DNA of 64,000 nt from Macrostomum lignano (GCA_002269645.1 NIVC01001157.1:1-64000); one strand, 5' to 3'; numbered from the stretch's first letter, positions 1 through 11,090 are shown. Made by a program: numbers and translations. Notes: generated from the letters alone by a model not told the origin.

Positions 1-1
1 A

Positions 2-259
2 CTATATAGAGAATTGGGTGGAGCATATAATATTGTTATGAACCCTAGGGTAAAATTTAACCCTGATTTATATACTAGGGATGAATTAATAAGTGCTAGA
101 ATTTTTTATGATGAGTTAGGAGGAGCTGTTAAAAATACCAGCTTGTATAAAAGGATTGTTAATTCTATAAATAACAAACCGGCTGTTGGAGAAGGATTTA
201 AAACACCGCGAAAACTTGTTTTAGCTGCTGCGAAAGCTGCTGGACATACTGGAGTTTAA
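2..259 (+). CDS. C-terminal part of a Polinton hypothetical protein (5'-truncated by the window)
   Basis: Frame open from base 2 to TAA at 259. An internal motif repeats (LYRELGGAYN / FYDELGGAVKN). No family recognised. Confidence 0.55.
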   Translation, partial: LYRELGGAYNIVMNPRVKFNPDLYTRDELISARIFYDELGGAVKNTSLYKRIVNSINNKPAVGEGFKTPRKLVLAAAKAAGHTGV

Positions 260-286
260 TTAATTGTTAAATTTATTTTTTATAAA

Positions 287-866
287 ATGGAAACTAATAA
301 GATTTGTACTAAGTGTAAACAAGAAAAACCGATGACGAAAGAATTTTATTTTTGGAGAAATGATTCAAAAAAATTTAGAAATGATTGTCGATCTTGTCAT
401 AATACCTCATCTGCTATTTGGATAAAAAACAATAAAGATAAATGGAATGAATATAGAAAAAATAAGTATCACACTGATGATAATTACAAACATATTGTTT
501 TAATTAGAAATAGAATAAATTGGGTTGAAAAATTTTAATGACAAGGACTATATCTCATATCTTGGTTGCACAAAAGAATTCTTTTTTGATTGGTTAAATT
601 TCACAAGAAATTATTATGTATCAAAAGATTATACTGGAAAGTTAGATATTGATCATTTCATTCCCGCTTCTTCGTTTAGTTACAAAGATGAAGATCAGAT
701 GAAAAAGTCTGAACATTGGACAAATAAAAGATACTTAACTAGCGTAGATAATAACTATAAAAAAGTTAAACAACCAACCATTGAAGAGTTTGCAAAACAA
801 TTGGTGCTTTCATGTATTTTTAAGGCTATTAAAAATGAGCAACCGAACGAAGTTCGCGAACCGTAG
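287..866 (+). pseudogene. HNH/endonuclease VII-like (homing-type) endonuclease, split by a 1-nt frameshift near 525-538
   Basis: ORF 287-538 has a CxxC...CxxC Zn knuckle (CTKC...CRSC). ORF 525-866 has YLGC...DIDHFIPASSF...HWTNKRYLTSVDNNYK, the pattern of viral HNH/endo VII-like nucleases. The two ORFs overlap at the run GAAAAATTTT. Confidence 0.7.
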
Positions 867-1851
867 GTTCGATCGGACGAAGTCCGCGTTCCTTCGGAAC
901 GATCAAATAGTGTTTGAAGGAGGATTGTTAGATGTTCAAAAAGGATTAACAAGCTTACCACCAATCTTTACTACTGGAAGGTATACTGGGGAACTACATT
1001 TACCATCAATGAACTTCACAGGTTAACCCGTGGCCTGAGTGAGGAAGGCAATGTCCTTGCTAGTCACTATTTGTGGCGACATCTCCAAATTGCGTGAAAC
1101 CCGTCATACTGCTTCAAGTACCACTTCAATTGAGAAATCTTTTGAAGGAACAGAGGTAACTCCTCTTCCCAAAGGTAAAAAGCTTGAAGACACGGTGGCA
1201 ATGCGCAGCCAAGCTCCTAAGTATTTTAAATATAAGGAGAAGGTTCAGAGAGCAGACGGAGATGGGCGGTAATTATCGCCGCTTAAGGTGTGCTCCAGCC
1301 TCTTTCGAAAGATTGAGGGTAAACTACCCGGCACTCGCTTAGATTTGAGATTAAATCCTGATGACACCCCAAAAGCCGATTCAATTCCCATAAATGGAAT
1401 TGATTGGTTAGCATACTATCATGACTTAGCATACAGAGATGCTGATAAGAACACACCCGAGGAAGCATTAAGATTAAAACATGAAGCCGATCAAAAAATG
1501 ATTCAAGGATTAGATAACTTGCAGGGATTATCGGTAGGTCAAAAATTAACTAGGTGGATGGTTAAAAAGATCTTGCAGTCTAAAGTTAAATTTGGTTTAG
1601 GAATTAATTATAATCAACATGGAAATAATTGTGTTGAGTGTTTGTTGTTAAGTGGCGGCGGGTTAAGTTCTGATGAGGCAAAGATTCTTCATAAAGAATA
1701 TCGAAAACCTAAATTTTATAGAAAAATCATGAACTTCAAAAAGAATGAAATTTGGTATGCTGATTTAATGTCGATGCCGAACGAAAGAGGATATAAATAT
1801 ATCTTAACCATATTAGATGGTTTTACTCGATACGCGTGGCTGTTCCTTTAA
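835..1851 (+). CDS. Parvovirus-type phospholipase A2 domain protein, spliced join(835..1023,1327..1851), continuing into the integrase N-terminus
   Basis: Removing 1024-1326 gives ...GELHLPSMNFTG|PGTRLDLRL...PINGIDWLAYYHDLAY...HEADQKM. This restores the Ca2+-loop GPG, the catalytic HDxxY and the downstream AD motif of parvoviral/adintoviral PLA2. Confidence 0.85.
844..901. other. Four back-to-back C-GNA-G triloop DNA mini-hairpins
   Basis: CGAAC-GAA-GTTCG (844-856), CGAACC-GTA-GGTTCG (857-871), CGGAC-GAA-GTCCG (874-886), and CGTTCC-TTC-GGAACG (887-901; GAA loop on the minus strand). Confidence 0.8.
1024..1326 (+). ncRNA. Group I self-splicing intron, subgroup IC1, 303 nt, no internal ORF
   Basis: P1: exon CAGGU pairs with IGS GCCUG (1033-1037) through a U.G pair. 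P3: CATCTCC 1080-1086 / GGAGATG 1258-1264. P4: TGCGTG 1091-1096 / TGCGCA 1202-1207. P5abc has an A-rich bulge and a GAAA loop (1134-1137). P6a/b carries CCTAAG. P7: G-A-GAGCA 1248-1254 / TGCTCC 1291-1296. P8: GGCGGT/ATCGCC. P9.0: AG 1297-1298 / CT 1324-1325. Removal restores the PLA2 frame and motif. Confidence 0.92.
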
Positions 1852-2473
1852 AATCCAAAAAGGGAGAGGGTGTTGCTGCTGCTTTTAGAAGTCTTGGAGA
1901 AAAAAGTGAAAGGTTGTGTGTTGACGAAGGAAAAGAATTTTACAATCCTCATATGTATAAATTATATCATTTTGAAAAAGGACAAGAAAGGAAAAAGGAC
2001 GCGAATGGGGAGTATATTAATAAAATTTATTCTATTTATGGAGAGAGTAAAAACGCATTAATAGAAAGATTTAATAGAACTTTAGGTAAGAAATTGTGGT
2101 TTCAGTTTAGTCTTAATGGTAACCAAAAATGGGTAAAAATATTACCAGACGTGTGAAAGATTATAATAATTCATATCATTCGGCGATAAAGATGACTCCT
2201 CAACAAGCTTATAACAATCCTGAAAACGTTAGGGTTACTTTTGGAGATTTTGAAAAAAAGAAAACTAAAGGTTTTAAGGTTGGTGATTCTGTTTATATCT
2301 ATAAATGGAAAGATAAGTTTGAAAAGGGAAGAAAAGGATATTGGAAAATAAGTGAGAAATTTACCATCAGTAAAGTTTTAAATACAAACCCTACAACCTA
2401 TATAATTGCTGATAAGGATGGTGAAGAAATATTGGGTTCTTTTTATGAGAACCAGATAATGTCTGCGAACTAA
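1660..2473 (+). pseudogene. Polinton retroviral-like (rve) DDE integrase, with two 1-nt frameshifts (about 1839 and 2152)
   Basis: Three consecutive frames give LHKEYRK...WYADLM...YKYILTILDGFTRYAW/AVPLKSK...LCVDEGKEFYN...IERFNRTL...YNNSYHSAIKMTP...FKVGD...GSFYENQI. The D-D-E triad (ADL, VDE, IER) is intact. Confidence 0.9.
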
Positions 2474-2483
2474 GTTCAAACAG

Positions 2484-2708
2484 TTACTTAAGACAACATG
2501 GTAGTAAATTTTTTATAACAAACAAAAACAATATTATTACTATAATTGTTACTAATATTATTATTGACATTTGTTCAACTGTTATCAAACTTAAATTTTC
2601 ATTAAGTTCATTAATCGGCACATTTCCGATGTAGGAATAGTTTACCTTCATTTTTTTATATATATTTTTCACAATAAATGTCGTTTCTGTTATAGAATAA
2701 TAGTTCAT
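2484..2708 (-). CDS. Small Polinton protein with one predicted transmembrane helix
   Basis: 74-aa ORF with the hydrophobic stretch SIIILVTIIVIILFLFVI, convergent with the integrase. Confidence 0.5.
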   Translation of the reverse strand: MNYYSITETTFIVKNIYKKMKVNYSYIGNVPINELNENLSLITVEQMSIIILVTIIVIILFLFVIKNLLPCCLK

Positions 2709-2724
2709 TTTTTAAATATTTTTT

Positions 2725-3039
2725 TCACATAAAAATTTCACTTTCATTCTCTGAATCACTGGTTTCATATGAACTATTTGTTGATTCGGAATCTGTTGAT
2801 CTAACCTCCCAATCATCCGAATTTAAATAATCTCCAAGTTGAAATATTAACTCACCCTCTTGTTCTAAATCATACATCTCATCTAGCTCTAATGGATAAA
2901 GCTTTAGGTCATGCTTGTCGTCATATTTTAAATAAACTTCATCAATTATTCCATTCAAAATATGTTGTTTTATTATCTCTGCATTTTTAGCAACAGTCTC
3001 AAAAGTATCACTAACAGAAAAGGTGTAAACTCGGGTCAT
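2725..3039 (-). CDS. Polinton hypothetical protein with an acidic C-terminus
   Basis: 104-aa ATG-initiated ORF with a D/E/S-rich tail, same composition as the other element genes. Confidence 0.55.
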   Translation of the reverse strand: MTRVYTFSVSDTFETVAKNAEIIKQHILNGIIDEVYLKYDDKHDLKLYPLELDEMYDLEQEGELIFQLGDYLNSDDWEVRSTDSESTNSSYETSDSENESEIFM

Positions 3040-3093
3040 TTTTAGTAACAGAAAAAGACCCTTCGCGCCTGCGGCGCGGGCAAGGGGTTATAG

Positions 3094-3364
3094 AGTAGTA
3101 GTATAGAAAAAGACGCTTCTAGATCAGACCTTATTTTAATGGCCGTTTGTAAGGTCTTAAGAGGGGGGACACGGGGGGGGTGTTGGGGAGTGTTTGGAAG
3201 TGTTTGGAAGTGATTTTTATTGTTAGGGGTGATTATGGGTGATTAGATGTATTAATGGTGTTTAGATGTGTTTTTTTATTTACCCCCCGTGTCCCCCCTC
3301 TAGACCCTTAAAACGGTCATTAAAAAAGTGCTCTGGGTCTAGAAGCGTCTTTTTATATACTACT
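3094..3364. repeat. Terminal imperfect inverted repeat (about 84-bp arms, about 100-bp spacer) with AGTAGT...ACTACT ends
   Basis: 3097 AGTAGTATAGAAAAAGACGCTTCTAGA...GAGGGGGGACACGGGGGG is mirrored by CCCCCCGTGTCCCCCCTC...TCTAGAAGCGTCTTTTTATATACTACT 3364. Confidence 0.85.
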
Positions 3365-5392
3365 AACAGTAAAGCGATTTCTAATCAGAGCTAGTGTTGC
3401 TAAGCAATTTTTAAATCAATGTATGTCAGAAGGATTTTTACTTCAGTTAATAAATTAAAGCTTATTTGACGCCCAACACTTGCGTAAGTATTTGCCAAAA
3501 AGATGGTTGAAGCGGGTCAATTTTGTTTAAAGTTACAGACGATCGTTTCGAATGTCTGTCTGAATATCTCTCGTGAAACCCTCACATTCTAAACAAGACT
3601 CAAGAGAAATTGCACTCTGAGCCTTAAAATCGCACTTTGAAATTTGGCACAAGGTGCGATTTCGCACCTTATCTCTGGCGAAAAAAAAAACCCAGGTCGC
3701 AGCACTGGCATGCAATTCTGCACAGTTGGTACCACCCTGTGCAAGGACATTTAGAATTATGCATTTAGTTAAGCAGCTTAAGCTATATTATGACCCGACA
3801 ACTGACAGACTAGGAGCTGACACGCGCAGGAAATCTGATACCTTATGTCCAGGCCCCTTTATATACTACAGAAGGCTTTCTTTCTTCAGCATAGTCAATC
3901 AATCGGCATAATAAATAATAAAACAGTTGCACTAATAATGTATTATGATTTTAGACTTAAATACACTCACCGGAAATTTTGTCCACACTGCAATCGGAAC
4001 TGTGATGCGCCATTTGAAATAATAGTAGTCTGCCTGTTCGAGGAACTCAATTTCTTGATTACTTGCTTAACTAGCTTTCTTTCTTGCTTTAAATCCCCGG
4101 TACTTCACCGCACTCCTATAATTTTCTATTCCTACTGGCTGCGTGCGGCGGTTTTGGGGTGGTTGGCTTGCCTCTACCCCTCTGTCCCGGCAAAAGGATA
4201 GGGATGGAACGATTCTTATTGGCTAAGACCGCCTAGCCAATAGGAGAGCTCTAAATTTAAACTTGAATGAACAAGACCTGTATTATCTACGAGACTTCGT
4301 AGCACAGCTAATGTTTACTGCACCTAAAACTGACAAAGTCACATAATCTTTATAAGCCAATAAGGATTACTCTATAAATACATATTCACGTTGTCTGTAG
4401 ACTATATAATATGTATTTTTACTATAATAATGCCAATGGTGCTCGACGCTTTACTCTTGCTCTCTTCTTGATCTTTCAAGTGCCCAGCTGTGTCTATTTA
4501 CTCGTTGCGGCTAAAATATGGTTACGCGAATATTTCTACACGTATGCAGTCTGTTCAGTTCGATTTTGGTGCACATGATTATTGACTTTGTCAAACATCT
4601 GCAAAGCCTTAGTAAAAATATTATTACTGGGGCCAGCTAAAACTATAAAGGCGATTAGAAAGTTAAGCAAACTTCGGACCTCAATATTATTTACTTGGCT
4701 CAACTAAAAAAGTCAACGAGTCAAGGACTGGCAGTGTTGAAAATGAATAACACTACACAGTTTGTCTATACAAGTGAAATAAGTAAACATTTGATCGGCT
4801 GACTTTTCGCACCTTAACCTCGACACGCCTTTACAATGGCCTCGAACGAAACACGGGGAATTAAAAAGGATTTAGATTGAGGAAGGACTGCATTGTCATT
4901 GTTGGTCTCACTCCCCAGTGAGGTGGAACAGCATGGTGCACCAGTGTGGGGTCGGTGCTAAAACCCAAACCATATTTTGGGCTGAATTCCAATGAATATT
5001 GTGCAACCAAATTTGAATTATCCGTGAGACTTAGCAAATATGATATGCTCCTGCACTGAAGGTGTTGATGCAAGGCAAAAAAGAATCAGAAAGCTTATTA
5101 TGTTTTAAGCCAATCTCATTAATGAAATCATTTTCGTCTCATTGAACCAGTGAAGTTTAAATACTCAAATAATGGATTGCTTGAACCAGGCCAAATTCTT
5201 TCTAGTGTAAAATTTGACCCAAATTAGAATTTTACCTGAGTGCACATGGCAACAAACTCGGACTATTTTAGTTCAGCTCGAACACCATTGCTACATGTAT
5301 AGGACATTTTTACTAATATGATTCATTACAATCTAAATTTTCTAATAGCAGATGGTCAGTGAAAAAAACAGCCGGTGGATGAGACAGTGCAG

Positions 5393-6300
5393 ATTAGAGA
5401 TGGGAGATGGGAGACGGAAGATTGGAGATGGGGAATGGTAGATTCGAGATAGGAGATGGGAAATGGGGATGCGAGATGTGAAATGGGAGATGGGAGATGA
5501 GAGATGGAAAACGAGATTCGGGAAATGGGAGATGGGGAATGGTAGATTCGAGATTGGAGATGGGAAATGGGGATACGAGATGTGAGATAGGAGATGGGAG
5601 ATGAGAGATGGAAAACGAGATTCGGGAAATGGGAGATGGGGAATGGGAGATTTGAGAAGTGAGATTTGAGATGAGAGCTATAAGAGATGGAAGACGGGAG
5701 ATGGAAGAAGAGCGATGGGAGATTCGAGATAGGAGATCGGAGATGAAGATTGGAGATGGGAGATGGGAGATGGGAGATGGGAGATGGAAGATGGAAGATG
5801 GAAGATGGGAGATGGGAGATGGAAGATGGAAGATGGGAGATGGAAGATGGAAGATGGAAGATGGAAGATGGAAGATGGGAGATGGGAGATGGGAGATGGA
5901 AGATGGGAGATGCGAGATGGGAGATGGGAGATGTGAGATGGAAGATGGCAGATAAGAGATTCGAGATAGGAGATTGGAGATAGGGATGTGAGATGGGAGA
6001 TGAGAGATGGAAGACGGGAGATGGGGAATGGGAGATTCGAGATAGGAGATGAGAGATGGGGATGTGAGATGGGAGATGAGAGATGGAAGACGGGAGATGG
6101 GGAATGGGAGATTCGAGATAGGAGATGAGAGATGGGGATGTGAGATGGGAGATGAGAGATGGAAGACGGGAGATGGAGAATGGGAGATTCGAGATAGGAG
6201 ATGTGAGATTGGAGATGAGAGATGGAAGATGGGAGATGGGAGAGGGGAGATGGTAGATTGGAGATTCGAGATTGGAGATGGGAGATGGGAGATAGAGCTG
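5393..6300. repeat. Purine-rich 7-mer minisatellite (GGAGATG/GGAAGAT) with longer higher-order blocks
   Basis: Direct reading of tandem units. Confidence 0.9.
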
Positions 6301-6914
6301 AGGGAAAATAGCAAGGGCTTACATATGGGACCTGACTGAAAGAGAAGCAAAACAAGACAGCATATTATAGGTACGAATGACGGACCATCCAACTTAGCTC
6401 TAGATTAAGAATACTTAGTTGCCACCCAGGACAGGATTAATCTTACAATATTCGAGTTTGAGTAAGTTTTATTATTTAAAAATGATTCATAACTCAGCAT
6501 AATGAGTAGACCTTGAGTTTTATTCCATATTCTAAAGAGTTGAGTCACACAATTAAATATTAAGAAATATAGTTTACAAGTCATCTCGAATTTATGGCTC
6601 AACAATATAATAAAAAATGCATACCGAAACGGGTTATAAATTTTAAATTGCCATTCTCATCTTAAGAATGGTACTTTCGCTTATAAATATGTGCATTATG
6701 ATGCGACTGTAAAAAATATTCTGCACAGCTGCTGATAAATGCCTCACTGGCAGTGTGTGTGTTTACAGCAAAATGTGACTTGAAGAAATCTTCTTTCATT
6801 GCTATTTATCTCTGAGGGTAGCTTGCATGCATAAGATATAGGCTTTAAGTTGCAAAGTTGAAGTTGAAAATGCGTTGAAAGAATACATCTAAACATGTAG
6901 ATGAGATGGCAGAA

Positions 6915-8255
6915 ATGGGAGAGAGATGAGAGAGAGATTGGAGAGGGATGGGAGAGAGATGGGAGAGAGATGGGAGAGAGATGGGAGAGAGATGGGAGAG
7001 AGATGGAAGAGAGATGGGGGAGAGATGGGAGAGAGATGGGATGATGGGAGAGATGTCAGAGAGATAGGAGTGAGATATGAGAGAGATGGGAGAGAGATTG
7101 AAGTCAAATGGAAGGAGAGATGGGAGAGAGATGGGATGATGGGAGAGATGTCAGAGAGATGGGAGAGAGATGGGAGTGAGATAGGAGAGAGATGGGAGAG
7201 AGATGGGAGTGAGATGGGAGAGAGATGGGAGAGAGATTGAAGTCAAATGGAAGGAGAGATGGGAGAGAGATGGGATGATGGGAGAGATGTCAGAGAGATG
7301 GCAGAGAGATGGGAGAGAGATGGGAGAGAGATGGGAGTGAGATGGGAGAGAGATGGGAGAGAGATTGAAGTCAAATGGAAGGAGAGATGGGAGAGAGATG
7401 GGAGAGAGATGGGAGAGAGATGGGAAAGATAGGAGAGATGGGAGAGAGATAGGAGAGAGATGGGAGAGAGATGGGAGAGAGATGGGATGATGGGAGAGAT
7501 GTCAGAGAGATGGCAGAGAGATGGGAGTGAGATGGGAGAGAGATGGGAGAGAGATTGAAGTCAAATGGAAGGAGAGATGGGAGAGAGATGGGATGATGGG
7601 AGAGATGTCAGAGAGATGGGAGTGAGATATGAGAGAGATGGGAGAGAGATTGAAGTCAAATGGAAGGAGAGATGGGAGAGAGATGGGATGATGGGAGAGA
7701 TGTCAGAGAGATGGGAGAGAGATGGGAGTGAGATAGGAGAGAGATGGGAGAGAGATGGGAGTGAGATGGGAGAGAGATGGGAGAGAGATTGAAGTCAAAT
7801 GGAAGGAGAGATGGGAGAGAGATGGGATGATGGGAGAGATGTCAGAGAGATGGCAGAGAGATGGGAGTGAGATGGGAGAGAGATGGGAGAGAGATGGGAT
7901 GATGGGAGAGATGTCAGAGAGATGGCAGAGAGATGGGAGTGAGATGGGAGAGAGATGGGAGTGAGATGGGAGAGAGATGGGAGAGAGATTGAAGTCAAAT
8001 GGAAGGAGAGATGGGAGAGAGATGGGAGAGAGATGGGAGAGAGATGGGAAAGATAGGAGAGATGGGAGAGAGATAGGAGAGAGATGGGAGAGAGATGGGA
8101 AAGATAGGAGAGATGGGAGAGAGATGGGAGAGAGATGGGAGAGAGATGAGAGAGAAATGGGATAGAGATGGGAGAGATGGGAGAGAGATGGTTGAGAGAT
8201 GGGAGAGAGATGGGAGAGAGATGGGAGAGAGATGGGAAAGAGATGGGAGAGGGAG
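6915..8255. repeat. Purine-rich GAGAGATGG-based minisatellite
   Basis: 9/11-bp units with recurring interruptions (TTGAAGTCAAATGGAA, ATGTCAGAG). Confidence 0.9.
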
Positions 8256-8594
8256 TTCGGCACAGTGTTCGGGAAATAAGTCAAAATTTTAGGAATGGAA
8301 GTCAAACTGTAAAGCAGTCACCCGTTTCTCACGTGAAATCCCCTGGAATGTGCCAAGTTTTAATGTTTTTATTATCCACATAGCAACAGACAATTGGTGG
8401 TGAGAAAATGCCTCCGTTAATAATGATGGCTTTCTATTACTGAAATTGGATTAACTTGCCATACCGGATTTCCACATAGCAACACTGTAGATTATAGGAT
8501 TTGCAACTGCCTAGTGGCTGACCTCCTGGGGCTCTATTCACCTTCAGCCTGTTTCCATGGTAGTTTGATTAGAAACCCTTCTCCACGGTGCCTG

Positions 8595-9540
8595 AGTTGA
8601 TCCCCCACGGCGCCTCAATGGATTCCCACGGCGCCTCAAATGATCCTCACAGCGCCTTAGTTGATCCCCACGGCGCCTCAAATGATCTCCATAGCGCCTT
8701 AGTTGATCCTCACGGCGCCTCAAATGATCTCCATAGCGCCTAAATTGATTCCCACGGCGCCTAAATTGATTCCCACGGCGCCTAAATTGATTCCCACGGC
8801 GCCTAAATTGATTCCCACGGCGCCTCAAATGATTCCGGCGGCGCCTCAAATGATCCCCACGGCGCCTCAAATGATTCCGGCGGCGCCTCAATTGATTCCC
8901 ACGGCGCCTCAAATGATCCCCACGGCGCCTCAAATGATTCCGGCGGCGCCTCAATTGATTCCCACGGCGCCTCAATTGATCCCCACGGCGCCTCAAATGA
9001 TTCCGGCGGCGCCTCAATTGATTCCCACGGCGCCTCAATTGATTCTCACGGCGCCTCAAATGATTCCGGCGGCGCCTCAAATGATCCCCACGGCGCCTCA
9101 AATGATTCCGGCGGCGCCTCAAATGATCCCCACGGCGCCTCAAATGATTCCGGCGGCGCCTCAAATGATCCCCACGGCGCCTCAAATGATTCCGGCGGCG
9201 CCTCAAATGATCCCCACGGCGCCTCAATTGATTCCCACGGCGCCTCAATTGATTCCCACGGCGCCTCAATTGATTCCCACGGCGCCTCAATTGATTCGCA
9301 CGGCGCCTCAATTGATTCCCGCGGCGCCTCAAATGATTCCCACGGCACCTCAAATGATTCCCGCGGCGCCTCAATTGATTCCCGCGGCGCCTCAATTGAT
9401 TCCCGCGGCGCCTCAAATGATTCCCACGGCACCTCAAATGATTCCCGCGGCGCCTCAATTGATTCCCGCGGCGCCTCAATTGATTCCCACGGCGCCTCAA
9501 TTGATTCCCGCGGCGCCTCAATTGATTCCCGCGGCGCTAT
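8595..9540. repeat. 21-bp minisatellite (GGCGCCTCAAWTGATYCCSRC)
   Basis: About 45 tandem 21-bp units; the ORFs across it are repeat by-products. Confidence 0.92.
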
Positions 9541-10308
9541 TCCATCTCCACACAGGCGCCAATCTAGAGAAAAAGATGCGCAAATAATATCCCAAATAAA
9601 TGACAGCATGGGGTCAGAAGCAATTTCGAACACTCCTGCCCCCCCCCCCTGGCATTGCAATTGCAGTTGGGCAAGCACAAATACAACAAAACCTGCTAAA
9701 TTTGCCCGAGAGGCAACTGGACATAACTGTAGGGACAGTTACATAATAAGCTATATGTATGAATATTCCATCTTTCCATCTTGCTTCGGTTAGGTTCTAG
9801 GATTTGAACTCGATAAGTTTCTCACCTCCGATTATGTATAGCTGTTTAGTCCCATATACAGTTTATCACATTTTCATTTACTATCAATGGTGAATCGTTG
9901 CGTCATTGCTAATACGTATATGGAGTTTACCCCGAGATGGCAATCACCACGCCGCAGGGGGGGGGGGCTCAGTATAGAAATAATATACAAGGCACACTTC
10001 TTCCATAGCTGTTTGCATATTGCGGTTAAGTTTCATAGGAACGTACATCCATACTCGTAAACAAAGATTAATTTATGAAAACGCATTTTTGTCGTGGTTG
10101 ATAAACTTTTTTTAAACAAACAATTGGATCGATAGGCAGATTGGAGTTGGGTAAACAATGCTTGCCTGTCTACAGCTTGGAGAGTTGATCTTCACTGCAA
10201 TTCCATTGTCTTCTTCTTGTCCTTATACTCTTTTGCTAAGACGATAAGCTTTCTTGGTTATGCTCTGGCTTTTCTCCCCGTCTCTTCTTCAGCTCTTCAC
10301 GTCATTGA

Positions 10309-11090
<782 letters not shown>

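Larger units (their letters stand above)
1..3364 (+). mobile_element. Polinton/Maverick (adintovirus-like) element, right-hand end; continues upstream of the window
   Basis: AT-rich, gene-dense block without spliceosomal introns. Contains an rve-type DDE integrase of Polinton style and a parvovirus-like PLA2, and ends in ...TATACTACT (3364), the reverse complement of the AGTAGT Polinton terminus. pPolB, ATPase and capsid genes are not in the window. Confidence 0.88.

Noticed and set aside
521-540. Programmed -1 ribosomal frameshift in the HNH gene
   Set aside because: The AAATTTT heptamer is not in the X_XXY_YYZ register of the upstream frame; a simple 1-nt loss is more parsimonious.
1039-1272. 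77-aa ORF inside the group I intron as an intron-encoded endonuclease
   Set aside because: It starts at GTG, has no LAGLIDADG, GIY-YIG, HNH or His-Cys motif, and runs through the ribozyme core rather than a peripheral loop.
1023-1326. Insert read as a piggyBac MITE (TTAA-CCC...GGG) or a spliceosomal intron
   Set aside because: The right end is GGGTAAA with no TTAA duplication and no extended TIR. No GT...AG pair restores the frame and motif. The group I pairings explain the whole insert.
1315-1326. Alternative 3' splice site after G1317, which would give an omega-G
   Set aside because: It would insert GKL into the conserved GPG loop, cut into the P9 stem and discard the P9.0 pairing.
3392-3708. 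Possible hAT/P-type MITE next to the Polinton end (TAGTGTTGC...GCAGCACTG)
   Set aside because: The terminal match is short and imperfect, and no TSD or second copy is visible.
8544-9678. Arg-rich (RRRGNQL)n or (APQLIPT)n ORFs as adhesive or structural proteins
   Set aside because: The 21-bp unit is open in several frames by chance, and I found no signal peptide or convincing splice link. It cannot be fully excluded without RNA data.
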